From positions 384,001-448,000 of the forward strand of contig CAVUQH010000003.1 of NCBI GenBank assembly GCA_963743525.1: a DNA stretch of 64,000 nt. The letters are read 5' to 3'. This document shows positions 24,939-34,910 of this stretch, piece after piece. The notes below the pieces were generated by a model. It was not told where the DNA came from. It searched no databases and saw only the letters and a program-made list of their open reading frames with translations. Within the stretch, counting starts at the first letter, position 1. Every line of letters begins with the position of its first letter. A program made the position numbers and the translations under genes. This DNA is from an uncultured delta proteobacterium (GTDB taxonomy: Bacteria > Myxococcota_A > Polyangia > Haliangiales > Haliangiaceae).

Positions 24939-24954
24939 GGGCACCAAAGTTGCA
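24939..24954 (+). promoter_or_regulatory. Putative sigma54 -24/-12 promoter
   Basis: GGGCACCAAAGTTGCA with GG-N10-GC, about 40 nt upstream of the ATG at 24995, which has RBS GGAGGGG. Confidence 0.65.
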
Positions 24955-24994
24955 ATCTTCGTATGCCGGACCACGGGGAATACGGAGGGGCGAC

Positions 24995-26066
24995 ATGAAC
25001 CGCTCGGTTTCGAGACTCGGCGCACTGGCACTGATCCTGGCGATCACCGGCATCGGCAGCTCGGCGAACGCGTACATCGCTGACGACGACCCGTGCGGCA
25101 GCGCGCCGGCCGGATGGAACGCGCCCAACGGCGCGGCGGTCTCCAGCCGCGCCTCGCACGGTCCGATCACCCAGCTGATGGATGCGATCGGCGAGTACTA
25201 CAGCCACCAGATGCTGTCCCACGGCCCCGGCTCGACCAGGTGGGTCAGCCACAGCACGATGAAGAACCCGGGCGTCGAGGTCGGCATCTTCGGCGACGAC
25301 GACTTCGACTACAACGATCTGGTGGCCGGCTACCCGGGACCCGCGCAGGTCAACATGGGCGCCGCCTATCACATGCTCTACCGCGACGGCGGCACGACGG
25401 TCAGGTACGTCTCCGGCGGCACCACCGGCGCCCAGGTCGCCGACTGGATGTGGAGCTCGCTGCCCTACTGCGGCAACGTGTCGTCCGGTCCCTGTTACGT
25501 CGGCGTCTCCTCGCAGGAGAACAGCAACTACAACATCTACATCATCGGCCGGAAGCAGAACGGCACCACCTACCGCCACTCGTACGGCTTCTTCCAGTAC
25601 CAGAACGACAAGTCGGTGCCCAACGGCGACGACACCTCGTCGATCTCCGTGGGCGCAGCAGTGCAGCACCTTCATGGCCTGGGGGCTGCACCTGGTCACC
25701 GGCCAGACCATCAGCTCGCGCAGCTACTCCAACAGCGTCGTCGGCCCGGCGGCCTATCTCCTGCACAGCGCCGTGTCCGACGAATGCGACGACAGCGCCG
25801 GCTGGTTCGGCGGCCTGTTCGTCAACTGCGACGACCTGGCCGACCAGCTGGTCAACTGCTTCACCGCCGAGATCAACGGCGCCGGCATCTGCGACAACGA
25901 CAGCAGCAGCGTGTGGAAGGGCTTCGCCACCAACGGCACCGCGGTGTCGGTGAGCCCGGACCGCATCGTCGGCAACAACGGCTCCGGCGGCGGCCCGTGG
26001 GCGACCAACCCCGAGTACACGGTCTATTTCAACCAGGGCGGCAGCGTCTACGGCTGCTTCTTCTAG
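24995..26066 (+). pseudogene. Secreted Cys-rich protein, possibly permuted papain-like; frameshift near 25646
   Basis: Signal peptide; frame A to ...DDTSSI, then frame B PWAQQCSTFMAWG...YGCFF*. Frame A beyond this point reads as off-frame. Confidence 0.7.
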
Positions 26067-26075
26067 GCCTCGGCC

Positions 26076-27524
26076 ATGAACGGCAAGCGCGTTGCCGTCC
26101 TGAGCGTCCTCCTGATCTTGCTGATCATGTCGCTCGCGGCGCTGCTCTTCGATCTCTTCGGGCCTGGACCCAGACCCGGCGGCGACGACACCACCGCGCA
26201 CCGCGCGCTGTCGCCGGTGGCCGGCCCGTCAACCCGGGCCGCCCGCTCCGTGCCCCCGCGCATCGACGAGGGGCCGCCGGCGCAGGCGCCGATCGTCAAC
26301 GCGGTCACGGTCGAGAAGAAAGAGGTGTGCCAGGGCGAGGAGAACCTGATCACCGTGGCCGCGCATACCCCGGGCAACCGCGACGACGCCTACCTGCACG
26401 CGGTCATCGGCGGCAAGCCGGGCATGTCCGCGCCGATCAACGAGCGCCTGCAGGACGACGGCAGCCAGCCGCCGCCGCGGCAGATCGTGGTCTTCGGGCG
26501 CAACGGTGTGGCCACCACCGTCGACATTCCGCCGTACACGGTCAAGGAGTGCATGGTCGACCGCAAGGCCATCGTCGCCTACCGCGCTCGGCCCAACACC
26601 GATGGCGAGTACGACCTGGGCGTGCGCATCATGGACTGGGGCGCGACCACGCCGTTCGCGCCGGTCAGCTATCGCTGGGATTTCGGCGACGGCGAGACCG
26701 CCGACACCGACCACGCGTGGACCATCCACAGCTTCGAGCAGCGCGACCAGGGCGAGACGATGTTCGCCGAGTATCTGATCCAGGTGACCGTGACCTCGGC
26801 GACCGGCGAGACGCTGACCGGCCGGCGCACCCTGGTACTGCGCAACACCGCCTTCTCCAATCTGGTCAGGACCGGCATCGTGACCCTGTCGACCTCGCTC
26901 AACCCACGGTTCCCGGTGATCGGTGAGGACGGGGTCGTGCGCGAGATGGTGCGCTTGTGGCACCACCGCCCGGACCCGGTGCGGATCGACCGGGTCACGC
27001 TGCGCACCAACTACGAGTCCGACCGACCGCCGACGTTGCGCGACGTTCCCGTCAACCAGGTCCTCGACAACCGTCGGATCCCTCGGACCGGCACCACCGT
27101 TGCGGTGACCCTGGACACCAACGACGACCCGGACGTCTTCTCGGTCGACTACCTGCTCGAGGGCGTCAGCGCCGAGGGGCTGCCCGTGCGCGGCGTCTTC
27201 CCCATCATGACGCCGACCAGGCTGCCGACCAGGGAAGACCACATCCCGGTGCGCGACCCGCTGTTGACCGCCAAGATCATTCGCGCCCGCGAGCTGCTGA
27301 ACAAGAAGTTCGTCACCGACGAGGAGATCTGGGCGCTCGAGCGGGACGGTGCCTTCGACGACCTGGTGGTCCCCGCCGGCGCGTCGGCGGCCGCGCGGCC
27401 GTCGACCTACAGCGACATGCCGCCGCACCCGGCCCGGCTCGGCGAACCGGCCGGCAACGACAGGCTGCCGACCGGTGAGACCTTGCCGGTGCTGGGTGGC
27501 GGCGAAGCGCCCGCCGGGCGCTGA
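26076..27524 (+). CDS. Membrane-anchored protein with PKD-like domain
   Basis: N-terminal TM helix; YRWDFGDG...H motif. Confidence 0.7.
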   Translation: MNGKRVAVLSVLLILLIMSLAALLFDLFGPGPRPGGDDTTAHRALSPVAGPSTRAARSVPPRIDEGPPAQAPIVNAVTVEKKEVCQGEENLITVAAHTPGNRDDAYLHAVIGGKPGMSAPINERLQDDGSQPPPRQIVVFGRNGVATTVDIPPYTVKECMVDRKAIVAYRARPNTDGEYDLGVRIMDWGATTPFAPVSYRWDFGDGETADTDHAWTIHSFEQRDQGETMFAEYLIQVTVTSATGETLTGRRTLVLRNTAFSNLVRTGIVTLSTSLNPRFPVIGEDGVVREMVRLWHHRPDPVRIDRVTLRTNYESDRPPTLRDVPVNQVLDNRRIPRTGTTVAVTLDTNDDPDVFSVDYLLEGVSAEGLPVRGVFPIMTPTRLPTREDHIPVRDPLLTAKIIRARELLNKKFVTDEEIWALERDGAFDDLVVPAGASAAARPSTYSDMPPHPARLGEPAGNDRLPTGETLPVLGGGEAPAGR

Positions 27525-29891
27525 CTACTGCACGCGGATGAAGTTCGACGTGTCGTCGTCGTACAGCCACAACCGGTTGGCGACCGCGTCGAAGCCCATG
27601 CCGTAGTTGGTCGTGGTGCCGCCGAAGTTGAGCAGCAGGTTGGTGTACGGGGTAGCCGCCGGCTCACACATGTACTGGACCTTCTTCTCGCCGGCGTTGA
27701 CGTAGAGGATGTCGGCGGTGCCGTCACCGTCGTTGTCGTAGGCTTGCAGCCCGTTGGCGCTGTAGTCGAGCAGCCAGCTGTCGGCGATGGTGGTCACCGC
27801 GAAGGTCGTCCGGTCGATGCGCACCACGTGGTCGGCGCCGTAGCAGGCGGTGTAGAAGTAGTTGTCGTCCATCGCCAGGCCGCTGCAGTACGACTCGCCC
27901 TGGAAGCCGCCCTCGAGGCTGGCCGCCGCCGGCAGCGTGGTCGCGTTGGCGTCCACCGACCAGATCTCGGTGTCCAGCGTCGAGCTGCTCTCGTGGGTGA
28001 TCAGGTACAGCTTGCCCTTGTAGACGGTGGCGCCGTGGAAGTCGTCGCCCGGGGTGGTGGCGAAGCTGGCGTACTCCTGCGGGTTCCAGGTGGTACCGCT
28101 GTCGTCGGTGATCAGCCACACCCGGCCGGTCTGCGCGATGCCGTCGTCGATGGTCCACACCCGCTTGCCGTTGACCGCCATGGCGTAGCCCAGCTTCGAC
28201 GCGTTGAGGTTGGCCGCGGTGGCGACGTTCTGCGCGATGCCGCCGGCCTTGGGCAGGCGGTACAGCTCGGAGTAACCGCCGGCGTAGACCCAGCCGGTCG
28301 GCTTGGTGTCGGCGGCGGTGGTGTAGACGGTGAAGGTCGGAATGCCCGACGGGATCAGTGTGCCGATGCCGGTGATCAGTCCGTTCTGTCCGGGCGTGCA
28401 TGGCGGCGTGAGCACGTTAACCGACCAGGTCGGCGCCGCGACCGCGTTGCCGCAGCGCGCGTCCTCCATGCCGGTCCAGCTCACGGTCAGGTGCTCGCCC
28501 GGCGGGAAGCTCATGCCCGGGTCAACCTGCAGGTGCTTGTCGGTGTTCGACCAGTAGACGCTGCTCGGCGAGGTCGACAGGTCGATGCTGATGCTGGTGC
28601 CCATGTCGCCGGTGATGGTCACGACGCCGACGTCCGGGTTCATCGTGGTGTCGAAATCGACGTCGAAGGTCGGCGACAGCGTAGTCGTGGTCGCTCCGTT
28701 CGCCGGGTCGAGCGTCGTCGGCGTGGCCGCGTAGGTCGAGCAGTCGAACTCGGTGAGCGTGAAGCTCAGCGGGTTGGGCAGCGGATCCGAGCCCGACGAG
28801 CTGTCGGTGATGTAGAAGTAGTAGGTGGTGCCCGACGTCGCCTGGATGCTGCCGCCCATCGACGTGTACGAGTACTCGCTCACGCAGGTCAGCGCCGGCG
28901 TCACCGTGCCGCATGCCTGATCCGAGACCTGCAGCATGTGGCGGCTGTATTCCTGCTTGTCCATCGAGAAGTCGAGGGCGCCGTCCCGGGTCGCCGTGTA
29001 CGACAGCACGATGTCCGGGCCGGTCTGCGAGAAGCCGCAGTCCGGCGACGACAGGTAGTCGAGGTTGATCGCCGACCAGGCGATCGCGTTGGTGCCGGTG
29101 GACAGCTCGAACGCGCTGTTGCAGTCCTCTGCCGCCGCCGCCGACGTGCAGGTCGGTCCGGCGCTGAGAGCCACGCAGGTGCCGCCGGTGGTGACGCCGC
29201 AGTTCTCGGTCGCGCTCCAGTCGAGGCAGCCGTTGGCCTGCTCCTGGCAGGTCTCGACCACGTCGCCGTTGCACCGGCCGGTGTCGGCGACGCAGGTGTC
29301 GTTGCAGCCGCACATGGCGCCGCTGCCGCTGCCGTCGTCGGCGCAGAACTCGCCGCTGGTGCTGCAGTCGGTGCCGTCCTGCCAGATCATGCAGCCGGTG
29401 CCGGAGTTGACGCAGGTCTGAATGATGTCGCCGTTGCACTGGGTGGCGCTGCTGTCGGGGCACTCGTTGTTGCAGCAGGCGGTGTAGTCGTATTTGCAGT
29501 TGCTGGCGCAGGCGATGTCGCCGGCGCCGAAGCCGGCGCCGGTGCAGGTGGTGTCGCCCAACGCGGTGCCGTCACAATCCTCGCCCGGATCGATCTGGTC
29601 GTTGCCGCAGTTGCCGCCGCCGCACGAGGAGGTGTCGATCGTGCACTCGGCGGTGCAGCTCAGCGCGCCCGGTCCCTCGCCCAGCGAGGCGCAGGTGGCT
29701 CCGCCGAACCGGGTGCCGTCGCACTCCTCGCCGACGTCGAGAAGACCGTCTCCGCAGGTGCAGTCGTCGGGGCAAGACGCATGCGTCTCGCCGTCGCTGC
29801 ACACAGAATCACCACATTCGTGGCCCGAGCTGCACCCCATCAGGACGCCCGCAACCAACGCCGCCGCCAGTACCAAACCCTGTTTTGTCAT
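27525..29891 (-). CDS. Large Cys-rich lipoprotein (myxococcal CGDG repeats, Ig-like domain, C-terminal propeller-like region)
   Basis: Lipobox LMGC; CGDG..D.GEECDG repeats; P.NGAT...F...M Ig-like segment. Confidence 0.75.
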   Translation of the reverse strand: MTKQGLVLAAALVAGVLMGCSSGHECGDSVCSDGETHASCPDDCTCGDGLLDVGEECDGTRFGGATCASLGEGPGALSCTAECTIDTSSCGGGNCGNDQIDPGEDCDGTALGDTTCTGAGFGAGDIACASNCKYDYTACCNNECPDSSATQCNGDIIQTCVNSGTGCMIWQDGTDCSTSGEFCADDGSGSGAMCGCNDTCVADTGRCNGDVVETCQEQANGCLDWSATENCGVTTGGTCVALSAGPTCTSAAAAEDCNSAFELSTGTNAIAWSAINLDYLSSPDCGFSQTGPDIVLSYTATRDGALDFSMDKQEYSRHMLQVSDQACGTVTPALTCVSEYSYTSMGGSIQATSGTTYYFYITDSSSGSDPLPNPLSFTLTEFDCSTYAATPTTLDPANGATTTTLSPTFDVDFDTTMNPDVGVVTITGDMGTSISIDLSTSPSSVYWSNTDKHLQVDPGMSFPPGEHLTVSWTGMEDARCGNAVAAPTWSVNVLTPPCTPGQNGLITGIGTLIPSGIPTFTVYTTAADTKPTGWVYAGGYSELYRLPKAGGIAQNVATAANLNASKLGYAMAVNGKRVWTIDDGIAQTGRVWLITDDSGTTWNPQEYASFATTPGDDFHGATVYKGKLYLITHESSSTLDTEIWSVDANATTLPAAASLEGGFQGESYCSGLAMDDNYFYTACYGADHVVRIDRTTFAVTTIADSWLLDYSANGLQAYDNDGDGTADILYVNAGEKKVQYMCEPAATPYTNLLLNFGGTTTNYGMGFDAVANRLWLYDDDTSNFIRVQ

Positions 29892-30203
29892 AGATATCCC
29901 TGCTGCTCTGCCAAAAGCGGCGGCACATTAGTCGCGAGGTCCCCGCTCTGCAACCACGGATCGAAAAGAGAAACGCATTGCAACCTTCGTGTCGCGTCGC
30001 TTACGAAGTGAGCTTGCGCTGATCGAACGCGAGTGCGCACGACCGTGAGCAGTGCGCGACTTCCGATCGCTCTGGTGTGAGTAATCCCTCACCAGCAAAG
30101 AGGAGACACGGGAGAAACTCGGCTTTACGCGCCGCCCTGCCTGGGATATGTACGGCCCCCTATTGGGTCGCCTGACAATTCGGTACGCAGAGCAGGAGCA
30201 ACG

Positions 30204-32390
30204 ATGAGAGTGGGTAGGGTTTCGGTAGCCTTGTTGGTCGTTTTCGCGGGATGTGGCCCCAGCTCCGGTAATCCCGGCGGTGTTGGTCCCGACGCGTCGC
30301 AAGCCAGTAACTGCGATCCCTCTGCGGATACCGACAACGACTGCATTCCCGACGGCGTCGAGGGATGCCAGGACATTCCCCCACGCGATCGCGATCGCGA
30401 CGGCAACCCCGACTACACCGACGTCGACTCCGACGGTGACGGACTGCGCGACGGTCTCGAGGCCGGCGACTGCCAGAATCCGATCGACACCGACGGAGAC
30501 GGGCTGCCCGACTATCTCGATCCCGACTCGGACAACGACGGCGTGCGCGACGGCGACGAGGATCGCAACGGCGACGGCATGATCGGCACCTGCTCGCAGC
30601 CGTGCGCGAGCAACGATCACTGCGGCCCGGGCGAGAACTGCTCGATTCCCGAGACCGGCGGCCTCGGCGTCTGCGTGTCGCTGGCATGTGCCGGCGGCGA
30701 GACCGATCCGCACAACCCCGACACCGACGGTGACGGCAAGCGCGACGGCCAGGAGGGCACCTTCATCTGCAACCCGCGGTCGGAGGACAACCCCAACGGC
30801 CTCAAGCCGATCAAGTACGCCGACTCGTCCGACACCATGTACGCCGCGGCCAACTGGCGGCTGGCGCTGGAGCAGGACGCGTTCGAGGGCGTGCCGGTGA
30901 TCTCCAGCCCGACCGCGCTGGAGTCGGCCTACACCTTCGACCTCACCGACCCGGCGACCCAGGTGGCCGGCTTCCTGGCTTCGCGCCCGGCCGTCGGTGC
31001 CACGCCGGTGGAAGAGTCGAACAACCTGATCGCCGCCCTGCAGGGCAGCAGCATCGTGTCGAACGTGACCACCCGCGTGTCGGGCACGGCGACCACCAGC
31101 CTCGACGGCTTCCCCACGGTGCTGTCCGCGGTGCTCGAGCTGACCACCAGCACGCCGGTCAACGCGGCCGGCATGCGCGCGGCGCTGCTGCCGATCCTGC
31201 TGTCGCGCCCGGCGGCGCAGATCACCATGCCGCCGGCCGGCTGGACCGGCACGCCGGACACGCAGTTCGTGCTGTCGGTGCAGACCATCCGCCGTCCCGA
31301 CGATCTGCAGACGCTGTACATCGGCGCCGTCGCCCGGCTCAGCCAGTACGACGACCGCACCACCGACACCGGCTTCCACGTCGATGACGTGTCCAACGGC
31401 ACCGGCAACTCGGTGTCGGGCAACGGCGAGGCGATCGAGTGCGAGCAGTTCGTCGCCGACCAGCAGGCGACCGCCGACATCATCTGGGTGGTCAACGAGT
31501 CGGGCTCGGTCAACGACGACCGCCAGCGCATCGCCGACAACGCGTCGTCGTTCTTCAACAAGGCGGTGGCCGCGGGCCTCGACTTCCGCATGGGCGTCAC
31601 CGACATGAACGACACCGGCCCCGGTGGCGTGCCCGGCATCTTCGCCAGCCGCGCGGCCGGCGGCGGTGACCGCTGGTTGCTGCCCAACGAGCCGATGGAA
31701 TTCGAGAACAACATCAACGATCCGTCGGGCCCGGATGTCGGCGACTACGGCCTGGAGAACGGCCTGATGCAGGGCCGCGCGGCGATCATGAAGCACCTGC
31801 CGCGCAACGACGCCGACCCGACCAAGATCCGCGAGGAGGCCAAGCTGGTCGTCATCTACGTCACCGACGAGAAGGCGCAGGAGGTCGAAGACGCGGGCAT
31901 CCTCAGCGAGGGCAACGTCCAGCCCGACGCCACCCAGCAGGCGCAGATCGACGCGCTGGTGGCGCCGTACATCAACGACTTCATCAACAACAACGCGGTG
32001 GCGCACCTGATCGCCGAGCCGCCGCCGTTCTCGGCCACCACCTGCTCGGGCGGCGGCGCCGAGCACGCGTACGGCTACTACGAGCTGATCAACGCGGTCG
32101 GCGGACAGATCGGCTCGATCTGCCAGGCCGACCTCGGGCCCACGCTGGACGCCATCATCGACTCGATCATCGGCGACGCGTCGCCGATCACCCTGTCGAA
32201 ATACCCGATCTCGGCCAGCATCGCGGTCGCTCGCGACGGCGCCGCGGTGCCGCGCTCGCGCGACACCGGCTGGGACTACCGCGCCAACTCCAACTCGATC
32301 GTCTTCTTCAACATGCCGTTCGATCCCGCCAATCCGTCGGACATCGTCATCTCCTACCGGCGCTGGGACGAGCAGGTCCCCATCAACTAA
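30204..32390 (+). CDS. Lipoprotein with TSP3-like Ca-binding repeats and C-terminal vWA domain (CglD/MtsD-like)
   Basis: Lipobox FAGC; DxDGDG..D..D.DSD repeats; DIIWVV(N)ESGS MIDAS-like motif, IYVTDE, GSIC. Confidence 0.75.
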   Translation: MRVGRVSVALLVVFAGCGPSSGNPGGVGPDASQASNCDPSADTDNDCIPDGVEGCQDIPPRDRDRDGNPDYTDVDSDGDGLRDGLEAGDCQNPIDTDGDGLPDYLDPDSDNDGVRDGDEDRNGDGMIGTCSQPCASNDHCGPGENCSIPETGGLGVCVSLACAGGETDPHNPDTDGDGKRDGQEGTFICNPRSEDNPNGLKPIKYADSSDTMYAAANWRLALEQDAFEGVPVISSPTALESAYTFDLTDPATQVAGFLASRPAVGATPVEESNNLIAALQGSSIVSNVTTRVSGTATTSLDGFPTVLSAVLELTTSTPVNAAGMRAALLPILLSRPAAQITMPPAGWTGTPDTQFVLSVQTIRRPDDLQTLYIGAVARLSQYDDRTTDTGFHVDDVSNGTGNSVSGNGEAIECEQFVADQQATADIIWVVNESGSVNDDRQRIADNASSFFNKAVAAGLDFRMGVTDMNDTGPGGVPGIFASRAAGGGDRWLLPNEPMEFENNINDPSGPDVGDYGLENGLMQGRAAIMKHLPRNDADPTKIREEAKLVVIYVTDEKAQEVEDAGILSEGNVQPDATQQAQIDALVAPYINDFINNNAVAHLIAEPPPFSATTCSGGGAEHAYGYYELINAVGGQIGSICQADLGPTLDAIIDSIIGDASPITLSKYPISASIAVARDGAAVPRSRDTGWDYRANSNSIVFFNMPFDPANPSDIVISYRRWDEQVPIN

Positions 32391-32408
32391 CCTCGATTGA
32401 ATCGACTC

Positions 32409-33482
32409 ATGCGCAAGGCAACCATTCTCGCGGCGCTGGCGTTCGCGAGCGCGCTGTCGCTGTGGTCGTGTGGCGGTTCCGCCGCCGACACCCCGTGCGG
32501 CGACGGTATCGACAACGACAACGACGGCAAGATCGACGACGCCGATCCCGGCTGCGCCTTCTCCGGCGGGGCCTCCGAGTCGCCGGACCCGTCGGCGTGC
32601 AACGACGGCATCGACAACGACAACGACGGGCTGATCGACGGCGACGACTGGGGCTGCCAGATCGCCGGCTCGACCACCGAGGTCGAGCCGCTGGTCAACT
32701 GCAACGACGGTCTCGACAATGACGGCGATGGTCTCGCCGACTACCCGCAGGACCCCGGCTGCGAAAATCCGATCGACACCACCGAGGACAACCCGCCGGC
32801 GTGCAGCGACGGCATGGACAACGACGACGACAGCCTCAGTGACTATCCCGACGACCCGGGCTGCACCGACGCCGACGACACCGACGAGACCGATCCGGAT
32901 CCGCTGCCGGCCTGCGCCGACGGCGTCAACAACGACGGCGACTCGAAGATGGACTACCCGCAGGATCCCGGCTGCGCCGCCGCCTCCGACACCTCGGAGC
33001 TCGACGACTGCGTCGCCGGCGCCCCGGTCACCGGCTACCCCGGCAGCCAGGTCAGCGGCAACACCACCGATGCGGCCTCGCGCCTGCAAGCGCCGGACGG
33101 CTGCGAGCTCAGCGGGTCAACCGCCATCGCCGGCGAGGTGGTCTACGGCTACGTCCTCAGCCGCGACAATCTGGTCGCCCTCGACTTCGACACCGAGGGC
33201 TCGGCGCTCGACACCGTGCTCTACGTGCGGGTCGGCGACTGCGGCACGGCCGGAGACCTGGCCGCCTGCGACGACGACACCCTGGGGACCACCTCGCGGG
33301 TGTCGATCGCCGACCCGGCGCCGGCGGTCTACTACGCCATCGTCAACGGCAAGTCGAACCTGGGCGGCGCGTACAAGCTGCGCATCGTCGGCCGCATCGG
33401 CTCGGGCGGCAGCTGCACCGTCGGCGACAAGGCGATGGTCTGCGACACCGGCCTGGCCTGCACCGGCGGGACCTGCCAGTAG
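32409..33482 (+). CDS. Lipoprotein with CxDGxDNDxDG repeats and PPC-like C-terminal domain
   Basis: Five CxDG(I/L/M/V)xND...DPGC-type repeats; DT.GS..DTVLYVR...ACDDD. Confidence 0.75.
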   Translation: MRKATILAALAFASALSLWSCGGSAADTPCGDGIDNDNDGKIDDADPGCAFSGGASESPDPSACNDGIDNDNDGLIDGDDWGCQIAGSTTEVEPLVNCNDGLDNDGDGLADYPQDPGCENPIDTTEDNPPACSDGMDNDDDSLSDYPDDPGCTDADDTDETDPDPLPACADGVNNDGDSKMDYPQDPGCAAASDTSELDDCVAGAPVTGYPGSQVSGNTTDAASRLQAPDGCELSGSTAIAGEVVYGYVLSRDNLVALDFDTEGSALDTVLYVRVGDCGTAGDLAACDDDTLGTTSRVSIADPAPAVYYAIVNGKSNLGGAYKLRIVGRIGSGGSCTVGDKAMVCDTGLACTGGTCQ

Positions 33483-33533
33483 CGCCGTCGCGAGCGCGCG
33501 TGCCGCGGCCAGCCCCGTTATAGTGGGCGGGTC

Positions 33534-34910
33534 GTGGTCCGCGTCCGGTTCCTTCTCGCCACCGCGCTCGTCGGCGCCGCCCTGGCCGGTCCGGCGCGGG
33601 CGCAACCGCCGGCGCCGCGTGCCGATCGCGCGTCCGGCGTGGCGGTGCCCGACGACAATCCGAGTCGCGACAGCCTGCGCTGGGTGCCCCGCGTGCTGTT
33701 GTTCGTGCCGCGGTGGACGGTCTGGACCCTGGCTCAGCCGGTGCGCGGCGCCGCGTGGCTGTGGGACCGCTACGACCTCGACGCGCGCACCGGCGGGGTG
33801 CTGCTGGCGACCGACGGCCCGTTGGGGCTGTTTCCGGTGGTCGAGGTCAACAGCGGATTCGGCGCCGGCGGCGGCGTCCGCGCCATCGGCCGCGATCTGT
33901 TCGGCCAGCACGAGACCGCCACCGCCCGCGCGCGCTTCGGCGGTCGGGTGACCCAGGGCTACCAGCTCGCCGCCGACACCGGCAGCCGCTTCCACCCGAT
34001 GACCTTCGACCTGTCGGCGGCCTTCGACGATCGCCCGGCCGAGCGCTTCTTCGGCCTGGGCAACGGTGTTGCCGCCGACACCCCGCCTGCGATGCCGGTC
34101 AACGCCCTGGCCGGTGACGTCGCCGTGGCCACGCGCTACCGCCGCCGCGGCGGGGCGGGGTCGGTCGGCGTCGGCCTGGCGCTGGCGCCGTCGCTCGACG
34201 CGCGACTGTCGACCGGGTTGATCGTCGGTCGCTACGACGACCCCAGCGACCTCGACCGCGACGTGCCGATCACCAGCGTCTACCAGCCGGCGTCGCTGGT
34301 CGGCTTCGACCGCGGCGAGACCACCAGCTACAGCGAGCTGGCGCTGACCTTCGACGACCGCCGGCGCCGCGACGCCCTGTCGGAGGCGCTGTTCTCCACC
34401 GGCTGGCGCCTGGCCGGCTGGGCCGGGGTCGGCCGCGGGCTGGGCCGCGATCGCGCCCGCTACCTGCGCTACGGCCTGTGGCTCGAGCGCAGCTTCGATC
34501 TCCGCGACGGCAGCCGGGTGCTGTGCCTGCGCGCGCGGGGCGAGGCGGTGGCGGGATCGCTGGACCGCATCCCGTTCGCCCAGCTGCCCGCGCTGGGCGG
34601 CGCGGAGCTTCTGCGCGGCTACGCCACCGACCGCTTTCGCGATCGCGCGGCCGGCGTGATCACCGCCGAGTATCGCTTCGAGCTCCTCGACCGGGCGTCG
34701 GCGTTCTTGTTCGTCAACGCCGGGCGGGTGTGGACGGGCCTCGGCGACGCCAGCTTGCGCCGGCTGCGCGTCGGCTACGGCGGCGGCCTCGAGCTGTACG
34801 GCCACCACAGCTTCCTGTCCCGGCTGGAGCTGGCGACGTCGGCGGACGGCGGGCTGTTCGTGGCCCTGATTTTCGACCCGGCGGGCGACCCGCGCGCGAG
34901 GGCGCGATGA
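33534..34910 (+). CDS. Omp85/TamA-like beta-barrel protein
   Basis: Signal peptide; RFFGLGN; LGG.ELLRGY..DRFRD; AEYRF; FV(N)AGRV; GYGGGL. Confidence 0.75.
   Translation: MVRVRFLLATALVGAALAGPARAQPPAPRADRASGVAVPDDNPSRDSLRWVPRVLLFVPRWTVWTLAQPVRGAAWLWDRYDLDARTGGVLLATDGPLGLFPVVEVNSGFGAGGGVRAIGRDLFGQHETATARARFGGRVTQGYQLAADTGSRFHPMTFDLSAAFDDRPAERFFGLGNGVAADTPPAMPVNALAGDVAVATRYRRRGGAGSVGVGLALAPSLDARLSTGLIVGRYDDPSDLDRDVPITSVYQPASLVGFDRGETTSYSELALTFDDRRRRDALSEALFSTGWRLAGWAGVGRGLGRDRARYLRYGLWLERSFDLRDGSRVLCLRARGEAVAGSLDRIPFAQLPALGGAELLRGYATDRFRDRAAGVITAEYRFELLDRASAFLFVNAGRVWTGLGDASLRRLRVGYGGGLELYGHHSFLSRLELATSADGGLFVALIFDPAGDPRARAR

Noticed and set aside
30072..30095. Hairpin CTGGTGTGAG...CTCACCAG as a riboswitch
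   Set aside because: No recognisable aptamer consensus; a single short stem is insufficient.
29928..33089. Long antisense ORFs (also 36-1049, 37336-39744, 45508-48954, 56175-59387, 62004-63992)
   Set aside because: Shadow frames of real genes on the opposite strand, expected at this GC content; no motifs.
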